A stretch of 63,057 nucleotides of DNA, counting the filler, from Licmophora abbreviata (taxonomy: Eukaryota), in NCBI GenBank assembly GCA_900291995.1. It is 11 parts of 11 records of this genome, joined end to end, with 100 filler letters (N's around TTAATTAATTAA, not from the genome) between each part and the next. Parts side by side here need not be neighbours in the genome. Positions count along the whole stretch, not along the records: positions 23,372 to 29,276 come from OLMU01004054.1; positions 29,377 to 30,972 come from OLMU01004055.1; positions 31,073 to 37,876 come from OLMU01004056.1; 8 more parts are not named here. The stretch is one strand, 5' to 3'. The notes below the pieces were generated by a model. The model did no database searches, was not told where the DNA came from, and saw only the letters and a program-made list of their open reading frames with translations. Positions 23,744-35,200 of the stretch are shown here, in pieces; within the stretch, counting starts at the first letter, position 1; each line of letters opens with the position of its first letter. The position numbers were made by a program, and so were the translations under genes.

Positions 23744-26700
23744 ATGACGGCAGAGTCGAGGATTCGTCGCAGCTGGGCTGCTGCCCTGGTCAGTCTCTGC
23801 GTAATGGCTGCTCCTCTCGAGGCTTTCGCCCCGCAAAGATCCAGTCGTCGGAGAACTCCCTTCTCGGTCGGCACCAAGTCATCCTTGTTCATGTCCAGCA
23901 GCAACGAAGACAAGAAGCGTGTCGTTGTGATCGGAAACGGCATGGTGGGGCAGAAGTTCATGGAGAACCTCCTCAAGCACGACGTGGACAAGAAGTGCTC
24001 CATCTCTACTTTCTGTGAAGAACCCCGCGCTGCCTACAACCGTGTGAAACTCACTTCCTACTTTGAGACGAGGGATCCTTCGGATCTTTCTATGACGTCT
24101 GGATTCGATGAGTCTGGCAAGACTGCATGGTACGACGAGAACAACGTCGAGATCCTCCTCAACGACAAAGCTGTCTCCATCGATACTGACGCCAAGACGG
24201 TCACTGGCAAGTCAGGCAAGACCATCCCCTACGACGTTGCCGTCATGGCGACTGGATCATTCCCGTTTGTCCCGCCCATTCCAGGCAAGCAACGACCTGG
24301 TGTCTTTGTCTACCGCACCATCGAGGACCTCGAGGCCATGTTGGCGTACGCCAAGGAACACAACGTCAAGAGTGCCGCCGTCATCGGTGGTGGTCTCTTG
24401 GGTCTCGAAGCCGCCAAAGCCGTCAAGGATATGGGCGTGACGTCCCATATTATCGAGTTTGCTCCTATTCTCATGTGCCGTCAGATTGATGAAGGCGGAC
24501 ACAACGCACTTGTGGGCAAGATTGAAGAAATGGGCCTCCATGTCCACTGCAACGCGCGCACCGAGTCCTTCGTCGGCAGCGATGGCACGACCGATGCCGA
24601 ATCCATGGCGCCCGTCTCAGCTCTTCGTTTCAGCAACGAAGACTGGGATGATCTTCCAGTCGAGATGGTTGTTGTGAGTTGCGGTATCAAGCCTCGTGAT
24701 GAACTCGCCAGAGAGGCCGACATTGAAATTGGTGAACGTGGTGGAATTGTCGTGGATGAGCAGCTCCGCACATCGGCCAAGGACGTCTATGCCATTGGCG
24801 AGATTGCTCTCTACAACAACTTCATCTATGGTCTCATTGCCCCTGGATATGACATGGCGGACGTTACGGCCAAGTGTGTTGCTACTGACTTTGGTGTCGA
24901 TCTCGATCTTCCGGAGACTCCCGCCTTTACGGGCGCGGATCTCAGCACCAAGTTGAAGCTTCTCGGTTGTGACGTCGCATCGTTTGGAGTGAACCAGCCC
25001 AAGCCTGACGATACCGATGTCTCCGACCTCGTCTGGAATGACCCCGTCAGCGGCGTCTACCGCAAGCTCATCTTTAACAAGGCCGGGACCAAACTGCGAG
25101 GAGGAATTCTGGTCGGTGATGCGTCCGACTACGCCACGCTCCACAAGCTCGCCGTCGGCACGACGGAGGAGCTCACTGAGAGCCCAGCCATGCTGCTGGC
25201 TCCTCTGTCAGCTCGTGGCGGTGCCCCAGTTGAGGAGGAAGTCTCATCAGACCCTACCGCCCAGATTTGCTCGTGCAATGACGTGACTCGGGGCACCATC
25301 GCGGCGGCTGTCCAAGAGCTTGGTGTTGAGGGAGCCACGCTTCCGGAACTGAAGAAGTGCACTCAAGCTGGAACTGGATGTGGCGGATGTGAACCTCAGG
25401 TCAAGCAGATTCTGGCCCAGGAACTGGAGAATCTTGGAGGAAAACTCTCCAACAACTTGTGTGAGCACTTTGACTACTCGCGTCCGGAACTCATGGCGCT
25501 CATCCGAACCGACCCTGATCTCTCTTCGGTTGACTCGTTCGAGAAGATTCTTGCCAAACACGGTCACGGAGATGGCTGTGAGATTTGCAAACCAACCGTC
25601 GGGTCGATTCTCGCGTCTCTGGTCAACGGAGTCATCCTTGATGACAGTCGTGACGCGCTCCAAGACACCAATGATCGTGCCCTTGCCAATATGCAGCGCG
25701 GTGGCTCGTACTCGGTTGTGCCTAGGGTGCCAGGAGGTGAGATCTTGCCTGAGCAGCTTATTGCTCTCGGAGAAACCGCTAAGAAGTACAACCTGTACAG
25801 CAAAGTTACCGGAGCTCAGCGTATCGATCTCTTTGGTGCCGCCAAGCACGAGCTGCCTGACATCTGGGAAGATCTTGGAAAGGCTGGACTGGAATCTGGC
25901 CATGCATACGGAAAGGCTCTTCGTACAGTCAAGTCCTGCGTCGGGTCGACTTGGTGCCGTTACGGAGTTCAGGACTCTGTGTCGTTTGCTATTCGCATCG
26001 AGAACCGCTACAAGGGTGTCCGGTCGCCGCATAAGATGAAGAGCGCAGTTTCGGGCTGTGTCCGTGAGTGTGCCGAAGCGCAAGGAAAGGATTTCGGTCT
26101 CATTGCAACGGAAGGGGGGTATAATCTGGTAAGTTCACCCAATTGTGATCTGCGCGTGCTGTCAGATAGCTGTTTGACAAGTCGTCTAATTCTATGTTTC
26201 TTCAAAATTCGGTTCATTCCAGTACGTTGGCGGAAACGGAGGAGTCAATCCCGTGCATGCTGAGCTTCTTGCCGTTGACATTGACGAGGATACTGCCATC
26301 AAGTACATGGATCGATACATAATGTATTACATCCTTACGGCCGACAGACTTGAGCGTACTGCCCCTTGGCAACGCAAGCTGCCTTCTGGGAAGAACGGTG
26401 GCGGTCCGATCGAGCACTTGAAGGAAGTCATTATTGAGGACTCCTTGGGCATTTGCGATGAGCTTGATCGTCGCATGGAACATCTCGTCAACACCTACCA
26501 TGACGAGTGGGCGGAGGTAGTGAACACTCCCGAACTGCGTAACAAGTTCAAGCAGTTTGTCAACACGGACGACAACATTGAGAAGGAGAATATGATTGAG
26601 TTTGTCGACATGCGCGGACAGAACCGTCCTGCCGACTGGCCCAAGGATGGTGAGCATCAGACGAACTGGCAGGCTCCTGAGAACGACATTTTTTCCAAGT

Positions 26701-27254
26701 CTGAAAAGTCGTGGGTCGCTGTTGGAAAGACGTCAGACTTTCCTGTCAATGCGGGAGCGACCATTCTCTACGGAGACTCGCAGCTTGCGGTTTTCAATAA
26801 TGCCAACAAGAATGAATGGTATTGTACGCAAAACATGTGCCCGCACAAACAGGCGTTTGTCCTGTCTCAAGGTATTACAGGCGACGAAGCTGGCCAGCCC
26901 AAGGTGGCTTGTCCACTCCACAAGAAGACGTTCAACCTCCAGGATGGCGAGCTTATGGGCGAGGGCGACCTTCGTATTCTGACCTTCCCAGTCAAAGTCG
27001 AGGGCGAAGATGTTCTCGTAGAGCTCCCGGCCGTTCCTGAGCTTGATGCCATCCTGGGAACGAACGGGCTGCGGGTCATGAAGTCAGACTGTATCGACAT
27101 TACCGGTGATGCCATCAAAGTTCCTGTAAAGAAGAATGGATTCGGGGACATGCTATCCGCCGGGAACACTCTGATTACGGAGAACCTTCGGACAACGTCT
27201 ACAACAGCCTTGCGGGCCAAGGGGGGCAACGAGACTGCCGTCGATGAAGAGTAG
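23744..27254 (+). CDS. nirB: NAD(P)H-dependent nitrite reductase, NirB fused to a Rieske NirD domain, plastid-targeted; intron 26129-26222
   Basis: LEA-FAP targeting motif; FAD motif VIGNGMVG; NAD motif GGGLLG; BFD-type CSCN..CGGC; siroheme/FeS KSCVGSTWCRYG and SGCVREC; spliced NLYVGGNGG; Rieske CPHK..CPLH. Confidence 0.95.
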
Positions 27255-27526
27255 AAGGCTAGTTCCCGTACCACAGGTCGATGCTTAGATTTTGAATTAT
27301 ATAGAACTACAAGGCATTCTTGACAATTCTGCAACTTCCATCGTACCAGTACCAGGTACACGCTAATTCTAGCCTACAGTAGCCTCCCATACTGTAGGAT
27401 AGTCAGCTCTACCATAAGCTGGCTGTACCTGTAAGCAAACTCGCCGCGGAATTACCTTCTATCGATGGTGATGCAAACGTGATATTTGCACTAGTAAAAT
27501 ATTTAGTTCATACTGCAACCGAATTT

Positions 27527-27592
27527 CCAAAGTCTCTCATCGTGTCGACGGGTATTCTTCGTCCCATTCATGCACGAGTCATTCGCCTTTGG
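27527..27592 (-). promoter_or_regulatory. Eukaryotic SECIS element (form 2) in the arsS 3' UTR
   Basis: Minus strand CCAAAG gcga AUGAC UCGUG ca UG AA UGGG acgaagaaua CCCG u CG a CACGA UGAG aga CUUUGG. Helix I is CCAAAG/CUUUGG, the quartet is UGAC/UGAG, helix II is UCGUG/CACGA, followed by an apical AA and a mini-stem. Confidence 0.85.
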
Positions 27593-27671
27593 CCCACGAA
27601 AGCAGCCTTAGCTGAACTGTATCATCGATACTTCTCTCTCCAACTTATGTCTCCCACCGCACAGTGCGCAA

Positions 27672-29132
27672 CTATGCCGTGGTCCCTTGTCAGCTCGATC
27701 CCATGCCAGCCGTACATCCAAAGCAATGATTGTCATTTCGTATATTATAATCTTGCAGTTCCGTGAGCGACTCGATATCAAAGACAGTCACACCACCCTC
27801 GTGAATCTCGTCGACGCCAATCGCATAGCCGAGCTGCTGGTTGAAGTCACAATCGAAAATCTAATGGGAACGCAAGGAATGAAGAGCGTGAGCGAACGGG
27901 CGAGGATACGATGGCGTCACTGCATCCTTACATTCTCTTCCCATACTACTATCCATGATATAGTGAAACTTGTTACTTACTGTCCCGTCGTATCGTACGC
28001 TGACGGTATCGCGGCACATGAGACTCTGTGCAGTGTCGGTATTGAAATTTCGAACCAACAAGTCCATGTATTCCTTGAGTTCATCCCGGCGATGCAGAAA
28101 GTCCGCGAACCGCTTGACGGGCATGTTGGTCATGGTAAATAATGAGTTAAACAATATTCCGAAATTATCGTCCAGTACCTCATGGTATTTTGTCTCGAGC
28201 GATGCTTGGGGAGGAGGCAAGAAGGCACCGAGTGGGTTGTACACGAGATCAAGCTTCAAATTCTTGTCAATGCCATATCCAGCGTCATTCAGAGCAATCA
28301 AGGCAGCAATGGAGCGATCAAAGACCCCATTGCCACGCTGTTGGTCGACGTTTTCTTCTGAGTAGCATGGCAACGACGCAACAATGTGCACCCGGTGTTC
28401 CTTGAGAAAGTCCACCAGATCATGCTGCGACGGCTCTTGCAAGACAGTCAGATTGCAGCGGTCAATTATATCCAGGTCGGGGCGGAGTTGCCGTGCCATT
28501 CGAACTAGGAATCGAAAGTGTTCGTGTAGCTCCGGAGCACCCCCCGTGATATCCAACGTCGTGATGGAAGGTGTGTGTTTCAAGAGCTCAAGACAGCGCG
28601 CCGCGGTTTCGGCAGTCATGTGTTCGGTTCGCAGTGGACTGCTTTCGACGTGACAATGTCCACAAGCCTGATTGCAGTACAGTCCAATGTTGATCTGCAA
28701 GACAGTGGGCGTCCGTCGGTGCAGCACTCCTTTGGTTTCGGGCAATTTCTGTGAGAGAAAGGTGCTGAAGTCAGGCACCCCCAACTGATCCAGCGCGCGC
28801 CGCCGGTTGGTTCGTTCTTCTTTGCTCATCTCACTCTGACCCATTGTCTGTAATCTACGAGCCGTGTCCTGAAAGTTTTCGTCTATCTTGAGTTCCTCCA
28901 TCGTCTGGTCAAGGAGGGACGTCCCAAACAAGTCTTTACGGCGCCATTTATTGGTGAGTTTGATCTGGTCAATTTCGACGGGAGTGTTGTAGTCGGGCAA
29001 ATCCTCTCTTGCCACGTCGCTCAGCCTCCAGGATTTCAAGTTCTGACTTTTGGAGTAGTGGAGAAAGGCCTCGGACGCACCGAAGGACGCCAAGAGGCAC
29101 ACTATCCGCTCCGGGGCACCGAGCTTCCACAT
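27672..29132 (-). CDS. arsS: Radical SAM protein ArsS (arsenosugar biosynthesis/DUF3641 family), predicted selenoprotein (Sec = TGA at 27692-27690); intron 27861-27980
   Basis: CNQACGHCH (CxxxCxxC), DITGGAPE, DRCNLTVL, ASLPCY, LVYNP..FLPPPQ, TNMPVKRF. Exon 2 reads IFDCDFNQQL...HCFGCTAGMGSS-U-QGTTA*. SEA-F plastid motif; SECIS downstream. Confidence 0.92.
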
Positions 29133-29276
29133 GGTCGTCCTGCCTGCTGCCAGATCACTGATTGGAAGAGAAAGAGAGGGCGGTTTCAGCGCATAACGCA
29201 GCTCAGGCAGCCTTCGTTTTAAGAGAGCGCGACCTCGTATTCCAACGAAAACGAAAACAAAAACAAAACCAAAACC

Positions 29277-29376
29277 NNNNNNNNNNNNNNNNNNNNNNNN
29301 NNNNNNNNNNNNNNNNNNNNTTAATTAATTAANNNNNNNNNNNNNNNNNNNNNNNNNNNNNNNNNNNNNNNNNNNN
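29277..29376. other. Assembly linker/gap
   Basis: N44-TTAATTAATTAA-N44. Confidence 0.98.
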
Positions 29377-29409
29377 AGACAGTGGCGCAATACGGTAGCG
29401 ACATGGACA

Positions 29410-30630
29410 ATGGTTTTCGTCATCCTGGGGACCTTCTGCTTTTGCTTCTTGACCATTCGGATGGTTCCCCAGCGGAAGAACGCTTGCCTCTTTTTCTGTG
29501 CAAGTACTGAATCCAAGAAATCGTGGAATCTGTGGGGTGCCAAAAGTGGGCTCGAAAGCGACCAGCTCTTGCGAGAGGTACCAAATTCACAGCTGGAGGA
29601 AGTTCTTGAGCGCCACGACACCCGGCGCCAGCGGAGGGAGTCGGTCAGGCACAAGGAATGGAACGAGGAGAAGGTGGACGAAGAAGAGTGCACACTCGAT
29701 ATGAATGGAGAGTGTGCTGTGAATGCTTACGTAGGAGACAGCAGAGACACGATTCACGAGCCACACGAGACTGCACAATCGACGGGATCTCTTGCGTGTG
29801 AGAATGGAGAATGCCTTGCTGACTACCACGCAAGCGACGAAAACGAAATGACATCGGTGGATGAAAGCGTTGTTGAGGACAGGCAGATGCAAGAAACCGT
29901 TGCGTCAAATACGGGGCGATCTTCTGTCAGCATGCTAGCGGACACTGAAGAGAATAGTGGAGACCCTATTGTCGAGAGAAACGTGCCCGTTCACACTAAG
30001 TTTGACACGGCGCAGGATACCGAAAGCTTGAAAACTGAGGGCGACCAGAACATTGACAAGAAGGATCACCCAGAGGAACCTGTTCTTGTTGAAGATGAAT
30101 CGCCACTTGGCAACGGGCTGGACGAGGACACGGACACCGGCAGCCTGGATCATGAAGATCTTCCGCAGACGAGCATGGATGCCGATGCGGAGGACCTAGG
30201 AGAGCCTGGATATGTTACAGATGTCACGGAGGAGTTCGATGGGCCTGAAAGAGATGATATGCTCGTTGAAGATACGGAAAGCATAGCGGAGCCGACCCGA
30301 CCTTGCGCTCACGATGATATTCGTTGGGCGTCTTTCAGCAGGGAAGTCACGTACCTCGCCTCTTGTCTCGCTGGTGTTTCCAAGGACAACCTCGAAGAAC
30401 GTGACGAAAACGGATGGAGGCTTATTCACGAAGCAGTCGCTCACATTGGATCACCTGAGATTCTCCGATTGCTCCTAGAAGCCGGTGCCGATGTGAACAG
30501 TCGGACTGGGCAAAAGCAAAACGGATACTCCCCTCTTGCTCTCGCTATTGAGCGAAACGGTGTGAATCATCGGACGGCACAATTGTTGCAGGAATACGGA
30601 GCGGTTGAACTTTATCCGGAACAGCAATAA
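29410..30630 (+). CDS. Acidic protein with C-terminal ankyrin repeats (5' end possibly in the gap)
   Basis: DENGWRLIHEAVAH..ILRLLLEAGADVN..GYSPLALA..LLQEYGA. Confidence 0.75.
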   Translation: MVFVILGTFCFCFLTIRMVPQRKNACLFFCASTESKKSWNLWGAKSGLESDQLLREVPNSQLEEVLERHDTRRQRRESVRHKEWNEEKVDEEECTLDMNGECAVNAYVGDSRDTIHEPHETAQSTGSLACENGECLADYHASDENEMTSVDESVVEDRQMQETVASNTGRSSVSMLADTEENSGDPIVERNVPVHTKFDTAQDTESLKTEGDQNIDKKDHPEEPVLVEDESPLGNGLDEDTDTGSLDHEDLPQTSMDADAEDLGEPGYVTDVTEEFDGPERDDMLVEDTESIAEPTRPCAHDDIRWASFSREVTYLASCLAGVSKDNLEERDENGWRLIHEAVAHIGSPEILRLLLEAGADVNSRTGQKQNGYSPLALAIERNGVNHRTAQLLQEYGAVELYPEQQ

Positions 30631-30698
30631 CAATCATAACACAAGTACATTTAGTAGTATTCTCGACTGACGCCGGATTGTGCTATCCAATGGAATGT

Positions 30699-31442
30699 CT
30701 AGATCTCGAAGAGACACTGTTTCTTTGAGGCCATTCGAGGTGTCGAGCAGATAGAAGCTTCAAAGTCATCAATACTCTCCATCGATAAGGAAACCTGAAT
30801 AGAATCCGAGCACGAGGAGCCGTTTGCCTCGCTGGACGACGTCTGCCATGTGGTGGAACAAGAGGGCGAAAGAATCGGTTAGCTGTTGAAAGTCGCAGTC
30901 GGTAGGTTGCATGCGACCCTAGCGCTACTCATACCGATGAGAATGTCCAATTTCTGATATCCTCTCCTTCGCNNNNNNNNNNNNNNNNNNNNNNNNNNNN
31001 NNNNNNNNNNNNNNNNTTAATTAATTAANNNNNNNNNNNNNNNNNNNNNNNNNNNNNNNNNNNNNNNNNNNNTTTCCACCAGAGCGATTTCGATGGTTCT
31101 TGTAAACCATTGTGTTGAGACACTGGAATTGGTTCGCCCACCCGTTACAACGAGGAATAGGGTCAGCATGCCCGTGTGCAATTCAAGGGTCTGGTCCGTC
31201 ACCTGGATGGCAGTCACTGTGGCCTTCTTCTTGAGATCATCTCGCAGGGTCATTTTCCCAACGAGACTAAAGACTCGAAGGTCTTCAGCAGAAAGAGTTT
31301 GCCGCATCCCAAACAAGTTCAAGCCAACCTCAGCGTTTACACCTTCCGACTCAACGGCGGATACTCCGTTGTTGGTGGAAAGGAGTAGGATCCACATCAC
31401 TGCAAAGTAGAGAAAGGAGACGGTCGATTTCCACGCCGTCAT
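30699..31442 (-). CDS. Hypothetical secreted/membrane protein interrupted by the gap
   Basis: Signal peptide-like N-terminus. Beyond the gap there is a GTATGA..GCAG intron and a plausible terminal exon (..KKQCLFEI*). Confidence 0.45.
30973..31072. other. Assembly linker/gap
   Basis: N44-TTAATTAATTAA-N44. Confidence 0.98.
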
Positions 31443-32204
31443 GATCAAGCAGCTCCAGTTCTGCTCTCATCGGTGTTCCGCCAAGTGCGCTTGACGGAAT
31501 GGGGAGAACTCGACATCAGTCCGATTATTTCCTCGTCAGGTTGTCACGGTCACGATGTCTTTTTCCACGCTCACGACGTTTTCCTCGATTTTTCGAGACT
31601 ACATCGTCGGAGCGCAGAGTGACACTGACGCTACTCGGTCGTGCGTTTTTTTAAAATTGAAGAATACAGTCAGGAAACACAACCAGAGCGAAATGTAACG
31701 GTACCGCCGCAACAGCAACGGACGGCTCGAACGTGGAGCCGATACGCGAATGAGAAAGCGTTCCAAAAAGTGAGAGAAAGAATCGTGGATCAGAACGAAT
31801 GTTGAATGGACTCCAGAACGCATACTTTGTATAGACCTCATGGTCGTTAAATAGCGATCTCCGTTGGAGCATCGAGGATAAGTGATTTTTCAGTCGTGCC
31901 GTAGGGCGCGCGCTATTTGGAACTGGCAGCCTTTCTTTATGGAGGTGAAATGTTTCCCTATTGCAATTAGTCTTTATATGGCCGTTTTACTACAATCATT
32001 GGTTCTGCCCCCTTCAGCGAGTCGAGTCGAGTCTAGAGTCTGGTCCATCGCGGCTGCAGCGGCGTCGGTGGCTTCTCCTTCCATGGACGTCAGAGCGCAC
32101 GGTCTTTCGTCTCAGCTTTGAAGCTTGTATATCATAGTCTACCTGGTACAGTAGGTCTACTCAGCACCGGTATCGACGACGCCGTGGGACCGTCGTCGCC
32201 TCTC

Positions 32205-35200
32205 ATGTCATCCCCTGCGTACAGAGATCCAGACGAGAATCAGAATCGCCTTCAGCAGAACGCAAGTTCGACCCAGCAGCAGCAGGAAAACAGCTCGCCG
32301 GCGCAAGAGCGAGCTGCCTTTCGCACGAACGAGTTTGCGCGTTGGTCGCCGCTCGCGAGCCATAAGATGGCGTCGGCCGTAGAGCGGAGTGCCCTGGCGC
32401 CTCGGAACAGTGGAGACGCAGCTCAAGAAGGTGACAGACCGGTGTTTGCCATGGCCGACGAGCTGCCTCTTAGACCTCGGAGCGACAGCAACGACCTCGG
32501 CTCTCTGACGGATCTCATTCAGCCCAGTCGGTCCTTTGATTTTGACGCCGCTACTGCTGGATCATCGGCTGCGCCTGCAAAAAATGCGTTCAATACGACT
32601 TTCTTGCCCAAGAATCCCAGAGACACGCAAGCGTCGCCCATGCGTCGAAGTGGTCAGTCGCGGTCATCCGCGGCTCTTTACGCCTCCAGTCTCGACGATT
32701 TCAATCACAGTGCCAATGTTTCCGTTACGAGCAGAGATACTGGCGTATCTGGGCACAGCACAACTCCGGTAATACCTCCGGTGTCGCTTCAGTGGCAGTG
32801 GACAGAACGCACCGATCCAGAAGCGCAGGAACAGGCCCTCTTTGAACAACGCCTCTGTGAAGACGCGTACGGGGTCGCAGTGCGCAAAATCAATCAGAAT
32901 GGTAAATCCACTCTCCGCTATGTCAAGTGCGTTCCCATATTGGACGCTTACAGTGTCGATGGCGATGATCACACATCGGCGGCGAGATCAGTGTCTAGTA
33001 TCGTCAGGGGTCTCTCTCGACGAAAACGTGCCAGTACCTCGGCCAGGTTCGAAATAGACAACAACAGTCGCATCAGTCTGATCGATGCGCCGCACCAGAA
33101 TCCTTCGAAAATGGCTCTCACATGGGGTCGTAAGCGCGCGGCGAAGCTAGCGCTCGATCGCTTTCTTTGCGTCCGAAAAGGCAAGACGACCGACCGGACA
33201 AAACGGAACTCCCAGCCTGCCTACAGAATCTTGTCCTTGGTAACGGACGACGTTGACAATCCATCGCTGGACATAGAAGCACCGACTCGGCTCGATCGAG
33301 ACAAGTTCGCTCGAGCCTTTGCCAAATTTCTGAAAGTGCCTTTGGAGGAAGAAGACCTGCTTGGCAACGCAGCGGTCAGCGTCATGGCTAGCGCGGCGAA
33401 CAATGGCAACTGTAAGTGACGTAGAAAGTGTGCACATGGATATCGGTACGGTTTCTCGTGGTGTGTGAGGCGATACGGAGCTGACGTCTCGTTCCGCCGT
33501 AATATGCTTTTGCAGATTCGACAGCTGTGAACAGACAGAACTCGACACAGGACGTGCAGGCGGCAGCGAAGCGTAGTGCGCAAGGGATGTTGGATACTGG
33601 CAACTCAAACGTGGGGTCAACGGCAACGAGGGTGATTATGTCGGCAGCCTCCCAGGATGTTGCCGAACACTTGGAGATTCAGTTTGAAGAGCTCGCTCCT
33701 GCAGATGAAGCGGCACCGGTTGAATCGAATGTGGGCAAGGTTGAATCCGCTCCTCCAACGCCAAGTAAGGAAACTCCACTCCTGCAGGTGACGTCGCGAT
33801 CTCCGGATAACAAGGGAAAAACTAACGAGCCGAATCCCCAAGTTTTGTTGTCATTCCCGGCGCCCACTTCCAAAGTCCAAAATACGATCGATCTCACCGC
33901 CGTGAAAGAGGGTGAAGAGGCCAAGAAACATCAGGCAGAAGAGGGTACTATCGTGTCGTCTCTGACGGGGGCAGGATTCGACCAGGAGATTGTGGAAGAG
34001 TTGCATAACGCGTTGACGGAGTTGAGAGCTGAACTTGAGGACAGTCGAGCAGAGGCGGCGCGTGCCGTCAAGGTCGCGGAGCAGGCGATTCAGAGTGCGG
34101 AGAACAGCAGCAGCAAAGACTGGAGCAGCACTGTCACCCACAAAGCGGCGGAAGCCGCGGCCCTTGCGCAGAAGCGATCTGCTGAGGCTATGGCGAAGAT
34201 GCGACTTGCAGAAGAGAGACTGACAATGGAAAAGAAAAATGCTGCTTTTTGGAGAAAGCAGGCCGAGTCATCGGAAGAAGATGCCGGTATTTTGCAGACA
34301 CGTGTTGCAGCTGCGGAAGTCCAGCGAGCCTCCATGAAGAAGAGCTAGAGAGTGAACGGCACAAGCAAGTGGCCATGGTGGCATCACTCAAGGATAGATT
34401 TGCCTCAGCGGAAGATTATCAGCGCGATGCGATGGAGTCGGCCCTCGCACGAAATCGTTTATTGGAGATTGAGCTCGAAAGAACCCGACGTGAACGACAA
34501 GCGTTACCCAGAGACAAACGGAGATCTGATGAGTAAGTAACGAAGTGGGTTGACTACCAATCATGAGAAAGTCGAATCCCGATATTCTGGTGCTCACTTG
34601 CTAATTTTGTTGCGATGCCGCAGAACGGTCATGATTAGTCGGGCGACAGAAGGCGATGCTTCAAAGGGTTCATCAGCCGCACATCTTCTTGCTGTCGAGG
34701 CTGAGGCGGCTATACTCCGTAAGTGATGCCAATTTGTCGTCTCCAGATACCCCGACGAGGAAGCCTTGTTCTCTGACTCTTTTCGACGATCCTTTTGCAT
34801 TCAGGCAAGAATTTTGAGCTACTTCGGAAATCAGCCCTGGACGAGCTTCGGAAGCTTCCATCAGCAGCGCAGGCGTGGGCGACGCAGACGTCGCAGACCC
34901 TTACCTCTTCACAACAAGAAATAAGACGCCTTCGTAGTAAGCTTTCGGTAGAGAACGCTACCCGCCGGAAGCTGCTTCATGAGGTGCAGGATCTGCGTGG
35001 CGTTGTCCGGGTATACTGTCGACCCCGTCCTCCGCAGTCGAAGGCCGAGGCTTCGACGCAACTTTTGACCTTTCCCTCACAGGAAACATTGCTGCTTCAT
35101 CGCTCCGTGCTTCCGTCGTGTGAGGATAGCAGTCCTCTGAGTTTTGAGTTCGATCGTATATTCCATTCTGACTTGCAGCAGCCCGAGATATACACTGAGC

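Noticed and set aside
25247..26083. Long antisense and alternate-frame ORFs over nirB, SEC5 and NOA1
   Set aside because: These are expected shadows of codon-biased genes and show no recognisable motifs.
27373..27398. 9-bp hairpin cctacagta/tactgtagg between nirB and arsS as a terminator
   Set aside because: The context is eukaryotic, there is no U-tract, and it is too short to support a function.
27861..27980. ArsS C-terminus as given in the ORF track (..VSNKFHYIMDSS..)
   Set aside because: It is read-through of a GT-AG intron; the conserved C-terminal motifs lie in the next exon.
23693..29132. nirB and arsS as bacterial contamination or an operon
   Set aside because: Both have spliceosomal introns and eukaryotic targeting peptides, they are convergent, and the SECIS is of the eukaryotic 3' UTR type.
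34330..34350. Programmed ribosomal frameshift in the kinesin gene (and in RBM39)
   Set aside because: There is no slippery heptamer or downstream structure, and the break matches the window-wide homopolymer deletion pattern.
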